Assembly (NCBI GenBank): GCA_035510465.1
Contig: DATKHC010000010.1
Coordinates: 22,036-86,035 of the forward strand
Length of the DNA: 64,000 nt
From: Candidatus Saccharimonadales bacterium
Lineage (GTDB): Bacteria; Patescibacteriota; Saccharimonadia; Saccharimonadales; DATKHC01
Direction of reading: 5' to 3'
Shown here: in pieces, positions 20,381-29,879 of the stretch
How the letters are laid out: the number at the start of each line of letters is the position of its first letter
Numbering within the stretch: the first letter of the stretch is position 1
The notes under the pieces: generated by a model
Told to the model about the DNA's origin: nothing
What the model saw: the letters and a program-made list of their open reading frames with translations, nothing else
Database searches by the model: none
Made by a program: the position numbers and the translations under genes

Positions 20381-21940
20381 CTACCCCTCAGCCTTATCTA
20401 CTTTTTTAGTTTCGCTCTTATAGCTAGCACAGACCGCTTTGGCAACTTCTAGTAACGAGGCGTTTTGGGCGTCTGTTGGCTTATCGCCACTATTAAGGTC
20501 GCTAACTAATTTAGCGTGCTTGGCTTTTAGCTCACGGTGAAGGGCGGACTCAGCCAACTTAACCTTGTCTAGAGGCACAGCATCAAAACAGCCGTTATTA
20601 GCAGCGTATAGACTGGAGTACATTTCCCAAATAGAGTAGGGCGTAAATTGGGGTTGTTTCAAAAGTTCGGTTAGTCGCTGCCCTCGCTCAATAGTCTGGC
20701 GGGTCTCAGTATCAAGATCGGTCGAGAATTGAGAAAAAGCCGCTAGCTCTCGGAATTGAGCCAGGTCAAGTTTTAAGCCTCCGCCAACGCTTTTAATAGA
20801 TTTGTACTGGGCGTCACCACCGACTCTAGACACGCTTAAGCCTACAGATATGGCTGGACGAATACCCTGGTAGAACAAATCAGTCTCAAGGAATATTTGA
20901 CCATCAGTAATAGAAATAACATTGGTTGGTATGTATGCGCTAATATCACCGGCCTGGGTCTCAATTATTGGCAGAGCAGTTAAGCTGCCTGAGCCCAGCT
21001 TATCGCTAAGCTTAGCTGAGCGTTCCAAAAGCCGCGAATGCAGATAGAAAACGTCACCAGGATAGGCTTCACGGCCAGGTGGACGGCGAAGTAGTAGTGA
21101 CATTTGGCGGTAAGCCGCGGCATGCTTCGTCAAATCATCATAGATAATCAAGGCATGTTTACCGTTATCCCGGAAGTACTCTCCCATAGAGGAACCAGTG
21201 TAGGGTGCCAAGTACAGCAGGGCTGCTGGGTCAGAAGGGCCAGTCGCTACAATTATAGTCTGGTCCATAACTCCTTCACGCTGCAGTCTTTCCTTCAGAG
21301 CGGCTACTTTAGACAGTTTCTGGCCAATTGCCACGTAAACGTTAATAACTCCGGTTTTCTGTTTAGCCTGATTAACCATAGTATCAACCGCCACGGCCGT
21401 TTTACCGGTCTGTCTATCCCCAATAATTAGCTCTCGCTGGCCTCTTCCAATCGGCACCGTAGCATCGACAGCCATTATGCCGCTCATTAAAGGTTCATAG
21501 ACATGCTTACGATCAAGTACTCCTGGGGCCGGACGTTCCACTCTGTAGTTTTGCTTGGTTTTAATCGGCCCGCCACCATCCAGGGGCTTACCTAAAGGAT
21601 CAACGACTCGGCCGACTAGCTCTGGCCCTACTGGAACTTCTAGAACATGGCCGCTCAAACGAACCTTAGCGCCCGCTTTAACAGCTGTGTCTTCACCAAT
21701 TAGCACTGCGCCTATCTCGTCTTCGCCAAGATTAAAGGCAAAGGCCATAACTTTTTGACCACTTACGCCTTCAACTTCGAGCATTTCATTGAAGCCAGCG
21801 TTGGCTAACCCATAAACCCACGCCACACCATCTCCAACTCGAGTGACAACCCCGACGTCTTCAATCTGGGGACGTTGTTTTAACTCGGCAATTGCTGCGC
21901 GAATGTCGTCTGATAGTTCTGTAATTGATAACTCTGGCAC
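20381..21940 (-). CDS. atpA: F1 ATP synthase alpha subunit
   Basis: P-loop GDRQTGKTAVAVDTM. 519 aa. Confidence 0.95.
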   Translation of the reverse strand: MPELSITELSDDIRAAIAELKQRPQIEDVGVVTRVGDGVAWVYGLANAGFNEMLEVEGVSGQKVMAFAFNLGEDEIGAVLIGEDTAVKAGAKVRLSGHVLEVPVGPELVGRVVDPLGKPLDGGGPIKTKQNYRVERPAPGVLDRKHVYEPLMSGIMAVDATVPIGRGQRELIIGDRQTGKTAVAVDTMVNQAKQKTGVINVYVAIGQKLSKVAALKERLQREGVMDQTIIVATGPSDPAALLYLAPYTGSSMGEYFRDNGKHALIIYDDLTKHAAAYRQMSLLLRRPPGREAYPGDVFYLHSRLLERSAKLSDKLGSGSLTALPIIETQAGDISAYIPTNVISITDGQIFLETDLFYQGIRPAISVGLSVSRVGGDAQYKSIKSVGGGLKLDLAQFRELAAFSQFSTDLDTETRQTIERGQRLTELLKQPQFTPYSIWEMYSSLYAANNGCFDAVPLDKVKLAESALHRELKAKHAKLVSDLNSGDKPTDAQNASLLEVAKAVCASYKSETKKVDKAEG

Positions 21941-21943
21941 TTC

Positions 21944-22348
21944 TTAATCCTTTCCGGCAATCGTCAACTGTTTAAACTTGTTTAATTTGGCCTCAAAGCT
22001 TAGATCGAGCTGTTGGTTCGCTAAGTTGAGCCTGACTCCACCAATAATATTAGGGTCTCTAATTTCACCAACAATAATTCGCTTAGCATGCGGGTAGAGC
22101 TTCTTGATCTGCTTTTTAATATCCTCTACGGCGCCAGCAGACAAAGGATGAGCACTAGTAGCTAGCACTTCAACGTATCCAGCGTCCGCCCAATCAGCTT
22201 GAACGTCACGAAGCAGCGAGGCAAGTTCGGAAATACGCCCTTCACTTAGCAGGTATGCGGCAACTTCACGACTCAGCCTCTTAGTCGAAACGCCCGCCAT
22301 AGCATCGTCTGCTACAATCTGGGCAATTTGGGTACGTGGTGTTTTCAT
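21944..22348 (-). CDS. atpH: F1 ATP synthase delta subunit (short, 134 aa)
   Basis: Operon position between b and alpha, and an OSCP-like C-terminal region. About 40 aa shorter than the typical 175-180 aa. Confidence 0.65.
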   Translation of the reverse strand: MKTPRTQIAQIVADDAMAGVSTKRLSREVAAYLLSEGRISELASLLRDVQADWADAGYVEVLATSAHPLSAGAVEDIKKQIKKLYPHAKRIIVGEIRDPNIIGGVRLNLANQQLDLSFEAKLNKFKQLTIAGKD

Positions 22349-22884
22349 CGACTAACCTGGCGCTCTCTTAAGGCCCGCTCGATTAGCTGACCATCCTTCT
22401 TAGCATCAACTTTCTCTTCAATAATTGCTTCGGTGGTGTCTGCGATCAGGCCGATTAGTTCCTTCTCCAGTTTCTGCCTAACCCTTTGGGTGTTCTGAAC
22501 TATTTGAGCTTCAGCTTCGCTTAAAATGTTGGCCGCTTTCTGGCGGGATTTCTCTTCAGCATCGCGAATGGCTTGGCGACCAGCGTCTTGGGCCTGAGCA
22601 ATAATGCCATCAGCCTCACGACGGGCTTGGTGCAACAACTTTTCAACCTTTTCTTCCATTTCAACTTGTTCAGCTTGGAGCTTTTCTGCCAGTTTAACGT
22701 TGCCCTCGATGGTGTCGCGGCGTTGCTTCATCATTTTCAGAATCGGGCCAAAGGCATAGTGACGCAGCACCAGATATGCAAGAATGAAAGTAACCAACTG
22801 GATCAAGAAGGCCTGCCCACTGAAACCGAGCGCGCCAATACCTGACGAGTTCGCAGCAAAATGATTTAGTAACGCGCTATTCAT
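22345..22884 (-). CDS. atpF: Fo ATP synthase subunit b
   Basis: N-terminal TM followed by a long charged coiled-coil (EEK/AEQ repeats). 4-bp overlap with atpH. Confidence 0.8.
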   Translation of the reverse strand: MNSALLNHFAANSSGIGALGFSGQAFLIQLVTFILAYLVLRHYAFGPILKMMKQRRDTIEGNVKLAEKLQAEQVEMEEKVEKLLHQARREADGIIAQAQDAGRQAIRDAEEKSRQKAANILSEAEAQIVQNTQRVRQKLEKELIGLIADTTEAIIEEKVDAKKDGQLIERALRERQVSR

Positions 22885-22972
22885 AGTGCTCGGCGTCCAT
22901 TCCGTCTATCCGTATATCTTGAACTTCTCTCATTGTCTTAATCTAAGATTCTCCTATGTGTCTCTTTTGTTT

Positions 22973-23203
22973 TTATGCAAAGATAAATACTGACGCGAAG
23001 GCCAGTAAGCCGAAAAGCTCAACAATAGCCACGAAGATCAGGGCTTGACCCAACAGTGATCGAGCTGCTCCTGGGTTACGACCAACGGCCTGTAAATAAT
23101 TACCGCCAATCAGACCAATACCAATACCCGGACCAATAAAACCTCCACCGATCATTAAACCTTTGGCAATAATAGTTGTGTTAATAGTGTCTGCAACTGT
23201 CAT
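22973..23203 (-). CDS. atpE: Fo ATP synthase subunit c
   Basis: 76 aa two-helix hairpin. GLMIGGGFIGPGIGIGLIGG loop and a conserved acidic residue in IVELFGLLAFA. Confidence 0.9.
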   Translation of the reverse strand: MTVADTINTTIIAKGLMIGGGFIGPGIGIGLIGGNYLQAVGRNPGAARSLLGQALIFVAIVELFGLLAFASVFIFA

Positions 23204-23262
23204 ACTATTTCACTTTCTCCTCTTTATTAATACTAATGTTTGTACTTAAACTCATTATAAAA

Positions 23263-24114
23263 CTAGCCACCCTCAGCCTCACCGTGCGTTACCTGTATTG
23301 TTTCAGGAACCTCTCTCTCGGTCAAGTCATGCTCGTGCCCGTGAGCTGAATTTACTGCAATCGCCAAATAGTTAACTGCCAGAATTACGAATATGTAGGC
23401 CTGAAGTGCCGCTACAGCCACTTCTAACAGGGTAAATGGCAGAGCAGTCAACGGAGCAGCAATATGACCAAGGTATGAGAAGACGGCAATCAGAATTTCA
23501 CCAATAGTGATGTTCAGGAAAAGTCGTAAACTTAAACTGATCACCCTACTTAGGTCAGTTACCATTTCTAGCATGCCAATAACTAGATAAAGCGGATTTA
23601 GCGGATTGCCAACAAAAAAATGTTTAAGGTATCGCCTGAAGCCACCCGACTCCCGAATTGAGGCTACGTAAACTAGTAGCATGGTGACCACACCCAAAGC
23701 TAAAGTTCCACTTAAATCACCAGTGAAGGGCCTAAGCAGCGGGAAGCCGTTACCCTTGATACCTTCACCAACAATCGGCAATAAGCCTAACCAGTTATTG
23801 AATAGAATGAAGAAGAAGAGGGTTACGAAGTAGGGAGTATAGCGCCTACCCGTTTCCTGATTATCAAAAGCACCCTCTACTAGGTTAGTAATAAACTCTA
23901 CGCCGACTTCGACATATTGAATAAATCCACCCTTAGGCTTAACTGTCACTTTTCGAGCAACAAGTATTAGAGCAACAGCAATTGCTATCACGCAAATCCA
24001 GCCATAGAACATTGAGTTGGTTATTGCGATACCATGGAATGCAAACACTTCATGCGGTGCAATGTGAACGACCGGCCCAGAAGTTGCCATCATTTTTATT
24101 AGTCCGCTAATCAT
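23263..24114 (-). CDS. atpB: Fo ATP synthase subunit a
   Basis: 283 aa polytopic protein with the conserved Arg in LSLRLFLNITIGE. Confidence 0.9.
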   Translation of the reverse strand: MISGLIKMMATSGPVVHIAPHEVFAFHGIAITNSMFYGWICVIAIAVALILVARKVTVKPKGGFIQYVEVGVEFITNLVEGAFDNQETGRRYTPYFVTLFFFILFNNWLGLLPIVGEGIKGNGFPLLRPFTGDLSGTLALGVVTMLLVYVASIRESGGFRRYLKHFFVGNPLNPLYLVIGMLEMVTDLSRVISLSLRLFLNITIGEILIAVFSYLGHIAAPLTALPFTLLEVAVAALQAYIFVILAVNYLAIAVNSAHGHEHDLTEREVPETIQVTHGEAEGG

Positions 24115-24401
24115 CAGGTTTCACCCCAGTCGCTTACTATTTTTAGCGTTCGTCTAAGTATGGCGACAACTCCAACAACCGCCCCAGCAAAACCAACAAT
24201 CGTCCAAAGCGGTTGGGTGTGCGAATGTTTGTCTAGACTGTAGCCACCCAGCACCGGCAACAGGACAACGATTGCTAACTGCCAGCTCATAGATACAACC
24301 GTAGCTAAAAACTGCTTTTTAAGCATATCTTGTTTGTTCTTGGACTTCAGCTCGGACTTCGGGAAAGCCTCGTCGGTACCAGTTGAGGCAACGTTCTTCA
24401 T
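24114..24401 (-). CDS. atpI: AtpI/AtpZ-like small membrane protein (first gene of the atp operon)
   Basis: 95 aa with two TM helices. 1-bp overlap with the atpB start. Confidence 0.5.
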   Translation of the reverse strand: MKNVASTGTDEAFPKSELKSKNKQDMLKKQFLATVVSMSWQLAIVVLLPVLGGYSLDKHSHTQPLWTIVGFAGAVVGVVAILRRTLKIVSDWGET

Positions 24402-24491
24402 CTGTTTTTATTATATCAATTAGTGGGGCTCAGGGAAAATACCTATTTCTTGCTTAAAAAGGTTAGCGAAATTGTTTATGATTAATGCTTA

Positions 24492-24719
24492 GTGAAGTTC
24501 TCCGAAACAAAACAACGATCAATCTTCAAGTCAATAACGTTTCGTATTCTAATTGTCTGCGCAGACTTGGTTGTTATCTATTTGATAACCAAGAAAGTTA
24601 GCGCAACAATCGCTATCACAATTATCACCAACTTGGTTAGTACAACTCTGTACTTCTTGCACGAGAGACTCTGGAACGGAGTCAGTTGGGGTAGGCGAAA
24701 ATCTGTGGGGCCAAAATGA
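24492..24719 (+). CDS. Small membrane protein, DUF2061-like
   Basis: KSITFRIL...TLYFLHERLWN pattern. Confidence 0.4.
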   Translation: MKFSETKQRSIFKSITFRILIVCADLVVIYLITKKVSATIAITIITNLVSTTLYFLHERLWNGVSWGRRKSVGPK

Positions 24720-25045
24720 GAAACTTAAGTAGGCGAAGAGTCGTTACAACTGGGCTTAATCTATCTCAAGACGTTAGGTTACGCTTAAACAAAAGAATCT
24801 TTCTGCTTGTAGTCATTTGCAGCGTTATATGTGCTGTGTCTGTACGATTTTACGATAGTCTGAGTTATAACAACCAGCTTTCACAAGCTAATTCTCAGAT
24901 AAGTTCTGACAAGTCATCATTGAATACTGAGCAAACAGATGCCCAGTTTATTATTGATAACGACAACTCTCAGCTCAATTGTTACCAACTTGCGTCGTCC
25001 TACGACCGCAATCTCTGCTTTACTCACAACCAGAAGAACCCTTAA
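24716..25045 (+). CDS. Hypothetical membrane-anchored protein
   Basis: TM segment IFLLVVICSVICAV. Q/S/N-rich. Confidence 0.35.
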   Translation: MRNLSRRRVVTTGLNLSQDVRLRLNKRIFLLVVICSVICAVSVRFYDSLSYNNQLSQANSQISSDKSSLNTEQTDAQFIIDNDNSQLNCYQLASSYDRNLCFTHNQKNP

Positions 25046-25119
25046 GGGAAATGGCCACTTGCACTTAAAGTGTTAAGGAGGCAATTTACCACTGTTCAAA
25101 CTAATGTTAAAATTAAGGT

Positions 25120-25359
25120 ATGATAACTATTTATTCAGCAGATTGGTGCGCGTTTTGCCGAGCAGCTAAAGACTACCTTACTAAATTAGATATTAAATTT
25201 ATTGAAAAGAATGTCGAACAAGACCCCGCAGCTGGCCAAGAGGCAGTTTCAAAATCTGGCCAAATGGGCATTCCAGTCATAGACGTCGACGGCAAAGTTA
25301 TTATTGGCTTCAATAAGCCAAGCCTAGATTCTGCTCTAAAACAAGCTGGCTTGATTTAA
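25120..25359 (+). CDS. Glutaredoxin-like protein (NrdH/YruB type)
   Basis: 79 aa with a CAFC active site after beta1 (ITIYSADWCAFC). A GIPVI loop is present. Confidence 0.75.
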   Translation: MITIYSADWCAFCRAAKDYLTKLDIKFIEKNVEQDPAAGQEAVSKSGQMGIPVIDVDGKVIIGFNKPSLDSALKQAGLI

Positions 25360-25388
25360 CCAAACATTTTAAATAAGCTGGGCTAACA

Positions 25389-25958
25389 ATGAAGCTGGAT
25401 GAATATAAGTCCAAGCCATCGGTAGTCTTGGTATACACTGGTGAAGGCAAGGGCAAGACAAGCGCTGCACTCGGTCTAATGGTGAGAGCCCTTGGCAACC
25501 GGTCAAAAGTAGCTTTTATACAGTTCATTAAATACTGGGGTGTCAGTGAACATATATTTATACGAGATATCATGCCGGTTTTCAAAGGACAGCTTTTTTT
25601 CTATAAAGGCGGCAAAGGTTTTTACAAAGCAGGGGATTTAAGTCAGCCAAATATTTCCGAATCTCAGCACAGACAAGCAGCGCTGGAAACTTATGCGCAG
25701 GCTTACGGCAAAGCAACTTCAGGAAAATATGATTTGGTTGTCTGCGACGAGATTAACAACGCGGTGCATGATGGGCTGCTCAAAACAATCGATCTTGAAA
25801 ATCTAATCAAGAATAGGCATCCATCAACTAACCTGTGTCTAACGGGCCGAAATTTTCCAAAGAGTCTTATTAAATATGCCGACATCGTCACAGACATGAG
25901 CAAAATAAAACACCATTTTGACGATAAATTCATTGCCCAAAAAGGGATCGACTACTAG
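25389..25958 (+). CDS. Cob(I)yrinic acid a,c-diamide / corrinoid adenosyltransferase (CobO/BtuR family)
   Basis: P-loop VYTGEGKGKTSAALG, VAFIQFIKY, VVCDEIN, and a C-terminal KGIDY as in BtuR. Confidence 0.75.
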   Translation: MKLDEYKSKPSVVLVYTGEGKGKTSAALGLMVRALGNRSKVAFIQFIKYWGVSEHIFIRDIMPVFKGQLFFYKGGKGFYKAGDLSQPNISESQHRQAALETYAQAYGKATSGKYDLVVCDEINNAVHDGLLKTIDLENLIKNRHPSTNLCLTGRNFPKSLIKYADIVTDMSKIKHHFDDKFIAQKGIDY

Positions 25959-26797
25959 TCCGAGGAACGATCAAGCCGAAGCCAATGCCATATATAACTA
26001 CTTATAACAAACGTTAGGGAGGGGATAGCGCATATTACTACTCCTAAAGCCCAAAGGCTAAAAGGGTAGCTCAGTGCAGATTCTTTTTTCAGAGTACCTT
26101 TTGAATCGTGGAGTTTCTTTGTATTTTGTGAACGCTTAATATATTGTTTGAATTTTGAGATCTTATGGTAGGAGCTGGCCCTTGATTCTGTGTCAATCAA
26201 AAGCTTAAAGTCCTGTTTTACCTTATAACCATGCCCAGCAAGTAGTAATGAGAGATCTTGGTCCTCGTGGACCAACTTGTCGTCCGTTGATGTCTCGCTT
26301 CTAATTGATTGCCATATTTGATTCCTAATTGCCATGTTGGCCCCCCAAAGTATCCTGGCATGGAAGAAACTGTTACTAGCCATTAAATAGACTATCGACC
26401 AGGCCCTTGAACGAAGTCCAAAATTTTCTGAAAAAGTGAACGCCAAACCCGGTCCAGTAACAGCCTTCAGCTCTTTGTCGATAAAATCAGCCTTAACCCT
26501 ACCAGCCCAATCGGGGGCTATTCTCGAATCAGCATCAACTCTTCCTATTAGATCACTCTTGGCCGCATTAAACCCTCGGTTTCTAGCTGAAGTTATGCCA
26601 GGTTTTGGCTCATTGATTACTCTTACGAAAGGGAACTGTGCTGCCTTTTTTGCAGTGTCATCGGTCGAGCCATTATCAACGACAATAACCTCGTCGGGCA
26701 TAACTTCCTGGCCGGCAATTGCGCTTAAGCAACCCTCGATATAGCGTGATTCATTGTATGCTGGTATAACTATTGATAACGTTAATGGTTTTTTCAT
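25955..26797 (-). CDS. Family-2 glycosyltransferase
   Basis: LSIVIPAYNESRYI...VIVVDNGSTDDT. DAD motif. Confidence 0.8.
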   Translation of the reverse strand: MKKPLTLSIVIPAYNESRYIEGCLSAIAGQEVMPDEVIVVDNGSTDDTAKKAAQFPFVRVINEPKPGITSARNRGFNAAKSDLIGRVDADSRIAPDWAGRVKADFIDKELKAVTGPGLAFTFSENFGLRSRAWSIVYLMASNSFFHARILWGANMAIRNQIWQSIRSETSTDDKLVHEDQDLSLLLAGHGYKVKQDFKLLIDTESRASSYHKISKFKQYIKRSQNTKKLHDSKGTLKKESALSYPFSLWALGVVICAIPSLTFVISSYIWHWLRLDRSSD

Positions 26798-26823
26798 GCG
26801 GGATTAGTTTAGTCTAAATAATT

Positions 26824-27942
26824 ATGTCACAGCCAAAAAAGCATAAAGTTAAAATTGTTAGATACATCTTGGATTCGTCTCTTGGTTGGTGGCGAAAAAA
26901 TTGGTGGCATAAAGTTTTGACCATTTTTGTCGCTATTGTTTTTGCTTGTGTTGGAGTTATGTACGGTATAGCTGAGTGGTATATAAATTCTCAGAAAAAC
27001 GTGCCTTACAATCTTGGGGTCACTTATATACCAGATTACGCCCAATACTACGGTCTCGACCCAGTCGCCACACTGCACGCAATACTTACGCAACTCGGTA
27101 TCACGAACATTCGTTTCGTTAGCTACTGGAGCGACATTGAACCATCACCGGGTGTTTTTGATTTTAGTGAATTAGACAATGAGTTCGCCCAGGCTCAAGC
27201 TGCCGACATGCCAGTTAGTCTGAGTATTGGACTCAGACAACCACGCTGGCCGGAGTGTCATATGCCAAGTTGGGCAGCCAATGAAACCGAAGCCCAGTGG
27301 TACCCCCAGCTAAAGACCTTTATGGCAGCGGTTATAAATAGGTATAAAAACTCTCCAGTACTTCAAAGCTATCAATTAGAAAATGAATATTTCCTAAAGG
27401 CTTTTGGGGAGTGTACGAATTTCTCACGGAGTCGCCTAATTGATGAATACAATTTTGTTAAAAAACTTGATCCCAAACACCCAATCATAATTAGTAGATC
27501 TAATAACGCAGTAGGTTTACCCATAGGCAAGCCAACCCCCGACGAATTTGGGGTATCAGTTTACAAACGAGTCTGGGACAAAAGCATAACTCACCGCTAT
27601 TTCGAATATCCTATACCAGCTTGGTTTTATGGCTTCCTGGCGGGCGCAGGTAAGCTATTAACGGGTAAGAACATGATCATTCATGAGTTGCAGGCCGAAC
27701 CTTGGCCTCCTAACGGTGACATATTATCGACTTCTATTGCTGAGCAAAACCTGTCAATGAACGCTCAAATTCTAGCAAGTCGTTTCAAATATGGTGAAGC
27801 AACGGGTATAAAAACAATTGATCTCTGGGGAGTGGAATGGTGGTACTGGCGAATGGTCGACCAACACGACCCTAGTCTCTGGAACACTGCCAAGGCTCAG
27901 TTTGCCTGGGCGAAAGCTCAAAATGCCAAACTCAACCATTAG
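26824..27942 (+). CDS. Membrane-anchored clan GH-A glycoside hydrolase (GH35/42/5-like TIM barrel)
   Basis: N-terminal TM. NIRFVSYWSDIEPSPGVFDFSELD. QLENEY acid/base motif. Confidence 0.55.
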   Translation: MSQPKKHKVKIVRYILDSSLGWWRKNWWHKVLTIFVAIVFACVGVMYGIAEWYINSQKNVPYNLGVTYIPDYAQYYGLDPVATLHAILTQLGITNIRFVSYWSDIEPSPGVFDFSELDNEFAQAQAADMPVSLSIGLRQPRWPECHMPSWAANETEAQWYPQLKTFMAAVINRYKNSPVLQSYQLENEYFLKAFGECTNFSRSRLIDEYNFVKKLDPKHPIIISRSNNAVGLPIGKPTPDEFGVSVYKRVWDKSITHRYFEYPIPAWFYGFLAGAGKLLTGKNMIIHELQAEPWPPNGDILSTSIAEQNLSMNAQILASRFKYGEATGIKTIDLWGVEWWYWRMVDQHDPSLWNTAKAQFAWAKAQNAKLNH

Positions 27943-28024
27943 CACTTCGTAGACTATAGTTATAGGTTGGTTAATTTTCTAGTTTGAATTTTCTCAAACC
28001 TGAGAGTATAAATACACACAAGTT

Positions 28025-28432
28025 ATGGAAGAACCAAATCAAGCCGGAGATTTGGGTGGAGATTTCGATCGGTTAATAAACGATGAAGCTGCAATAAGAG
28101 CGTTAACCGTCGACATGTCAGGCCGATTCGGTGTAGGTTTTGAGACTGCCGAAATAGCAGTTGCATGGGGCTTAAAGTGGGTAGAACACTACAATCTACT
28201 TGATGAATTATTCCTAGAGTTAGAGGGTGGCGACAGAGAGGCTAGACACACTAGATCTACTAGCGCTATGACTGATTTCGCATTCGAGCAATCTTTGGAG
28301 CGTGTAGGTGGGATTGGGGTCGGACCAAAAGGCGAGATATATGTGCCCTCCGTTAGCATCGCAGAAGAAGTCTTCAAAAGGTTCAAGGGCCGGTCCGCAG
28401 AGATAATCAAACACGGGTGGTTTGCCTCATAA
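28025..28432 (+). CDS. Hypothetical protein
   Basis: 135 aa acidic ORF with no recognisable motif. Confidence 0.35.
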   Translation: MEEPNQAGDLGGDFDRLINDEAAIRALTVDMSGRFGVGFETAEIAVAWGLKWVEHYNLLDELFLELEGGDREARHTRSTSAMTDFAFEQSLERVGGIGVGPKGEIYVPSVSIAEEVFKRFKGRSAEIIKHGWFAS

Positions 28433-28596
28433 TCAAGGTTAAATAGTACGGTAAAAACAGAAAATGGCCACAGTCTAGTGCTTGAAACATATAGAACAAT
28501 ACCCCACACGCTGTCCGAGGAAGAGCTGGAGGTGTATTTTGAGCTTCTAGGCCAAGAGCCCCAGGTGCTGCGGAAGTCATAGGCACAGTCAGTGAT

Positions 28597-29328
28597 TTGA
28601 GCTTGCCTAAGCTGGCCGTTAAACAAGTCGTTGAAGCTGGTCAAGACTGGAGAGTTAGGGAGGGCCTAAGTTTAATTGAAGCACATGATCCCGCAACTCT
28701 CAGACACGTCGTCAGGGTTAGCGCTCTTGCTGTTCATCTTGCGCTTATGGAAGGGTACAACGAGTCAGAAACACCACCACTTGCAATGGGAGCAATGCTT
28801 CATGATGTTGGTAAGATTGGGGTCCGTATTGATATCATTCACCCAACTGACGTGAAAACCTCTAAAGTAGATTACACCGAGGCAAGTCCGGATAGGCGTT
28901 TTGCGGCGATAAAAGTACATCCTGAAATTGGCTATTTACTTGCATGGAATATGTTTCGGGATGAACAAGACGTAGTCTTACGTAGACTGGTACCGGGCTT
29001 AGTCCTAACACACCACTGCCATAATGCCGACCGTGAAAATTATCCAACTGACGAAACTATGAGCAGAATGGAAGACGAAGGAGTGCTTAAAAAAGACGAC
29101 TTTTTGGACGCATTTTTACTAGATTTTGGTGGAATTCTCGCGATCTCGGATGTTTACGAGGCTATTACCGCTAACAGGACATATACGCACGGGATTGGCT
29201 TTGAAGATCCGGCGAAGGTTCGGCAATGTTTAGTCGATTCTCACCCGAAAATGGGTAGACGTATTGAAGAATTGATGCGTCTTCATCTTATAAGATTCCC
29301 TAATAATGGATGGATGGGAAAGGCCTAG
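28597..29328 (+). CDS. HD-domain phosphohydrolase with degenerate HD-GYP-like signature
   Basis: H...MLHDVGK (HD). LTHHCHNADRENYP sits where canonical HD-GYP has HHExxDGxGYP. Confidence 0.6.
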   Translation: MSLPKLAVKQVVEAGQDWRVREGLSLIEAHDPATLRHVVRVSALAVHLALMEGYNESETPPLAMGAMLHDVGKIGVRIDIIHPTDVKTSKVDYTEASPDRRFAAIKVHPEIGYLLAWNMFRDEQDVVLRRLVPGLVLTHHCHNADRENYPTDETMSRMEDEGVLKKDDFLDAFLLDFGGILAISDVYEAITANRTYTHGIGFEDPAKVRQCLVDSHPKMGRRIEELMRLHLIRFPNNGWMGKA

Positions 29329-29410
29329 CCATAAAAATAGGCAACGACAAATGGTTTATTAAAGCCTAGCGGTTTTGTCTTAAGAATTTATTTGGTTCAT
29401 AATATTCGCC

Positions 29411-29863
29411 ATGACTAAGTCAAAGCGAAAAAGCGGTGTTATAAGCAACCGCAGAGTCAGATATGACTACAGTGTCAAAGATGAGCTCGAAGTAGGTATC
29501 GTTTTAACCGGTGCTGAAACTAAAGCCTTAAGAAACCACCAGGGAAACTTGACGGGCGCTTATGTAATAGTTAAGGACGATGAGCTCTTCTTAGTTAATG
29601 CCAAAATTACTGGCAGTAGTTCGTCCTCAATAGACGAGAATGAACAGACCAGAACCAGAAAATTATTAGCTAAAAAGCGTGAAATAGGAGTGCTCGATAA
29701 GGCTAGGGTCCAAGGCCTAAGCATTCTCCCCAGTGAAATATTAACTGGTAGAAAATATATTAAATTAAGAATAGTAATAGGTCAGGGTAAAAAGCGCTAT
29801 GACAAAAGGGCAACCCTAAAAGCACGTGACGATTCAAGAAGGATTAAAACGTATAAACACTAG
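29411..29863 (+). CDS. smpB: SsrA-binding protein SmpB
   Basis: NRRVRYDYSV, GIVLTGAETKAL, and a C-terminal basic tail. Confidence 0.85.
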   Translation: MTKSKRKSGVISNRRVRYDYSVKDELEVGIVLTGAETKALRNHQGNLTGAYVIVKDDELFLVNAKITGSSSSSIDENEQTRTRKLLAKKREIGVLDKARVQGLSILPSEILTGRKYIKLRIVIGQGKKRYDKRATLKARDDSRRIKTYKH

Positions 29864-29879
29864 TCGCTTGCTTTAAGCG

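Noticed and set aside
21104-21758. Plus-strand ORFs inside atpA
   Set aside because: Antisense to a highly conserved gene.
26436-26744. ORF antisense to the GT2 gene 25955-26797
   Set aside because: Contained within a motif-supported CDS.
28430-28596. Peptide-like translation ...PHTLSEEELEVYFELLGQEPQVLRKS in the spacer before the HD gene
   Set aside because: No start codon in frame (bounded by TGA upstream). Possibly a gene remnant, but unsupported.
28189-28644. 151 aa minus-strand ORF spanning 28189-28644
   Set aside because: Overlaps two plus-strand ORFs and their intergenic region. Ser-rich low-complexity translation.
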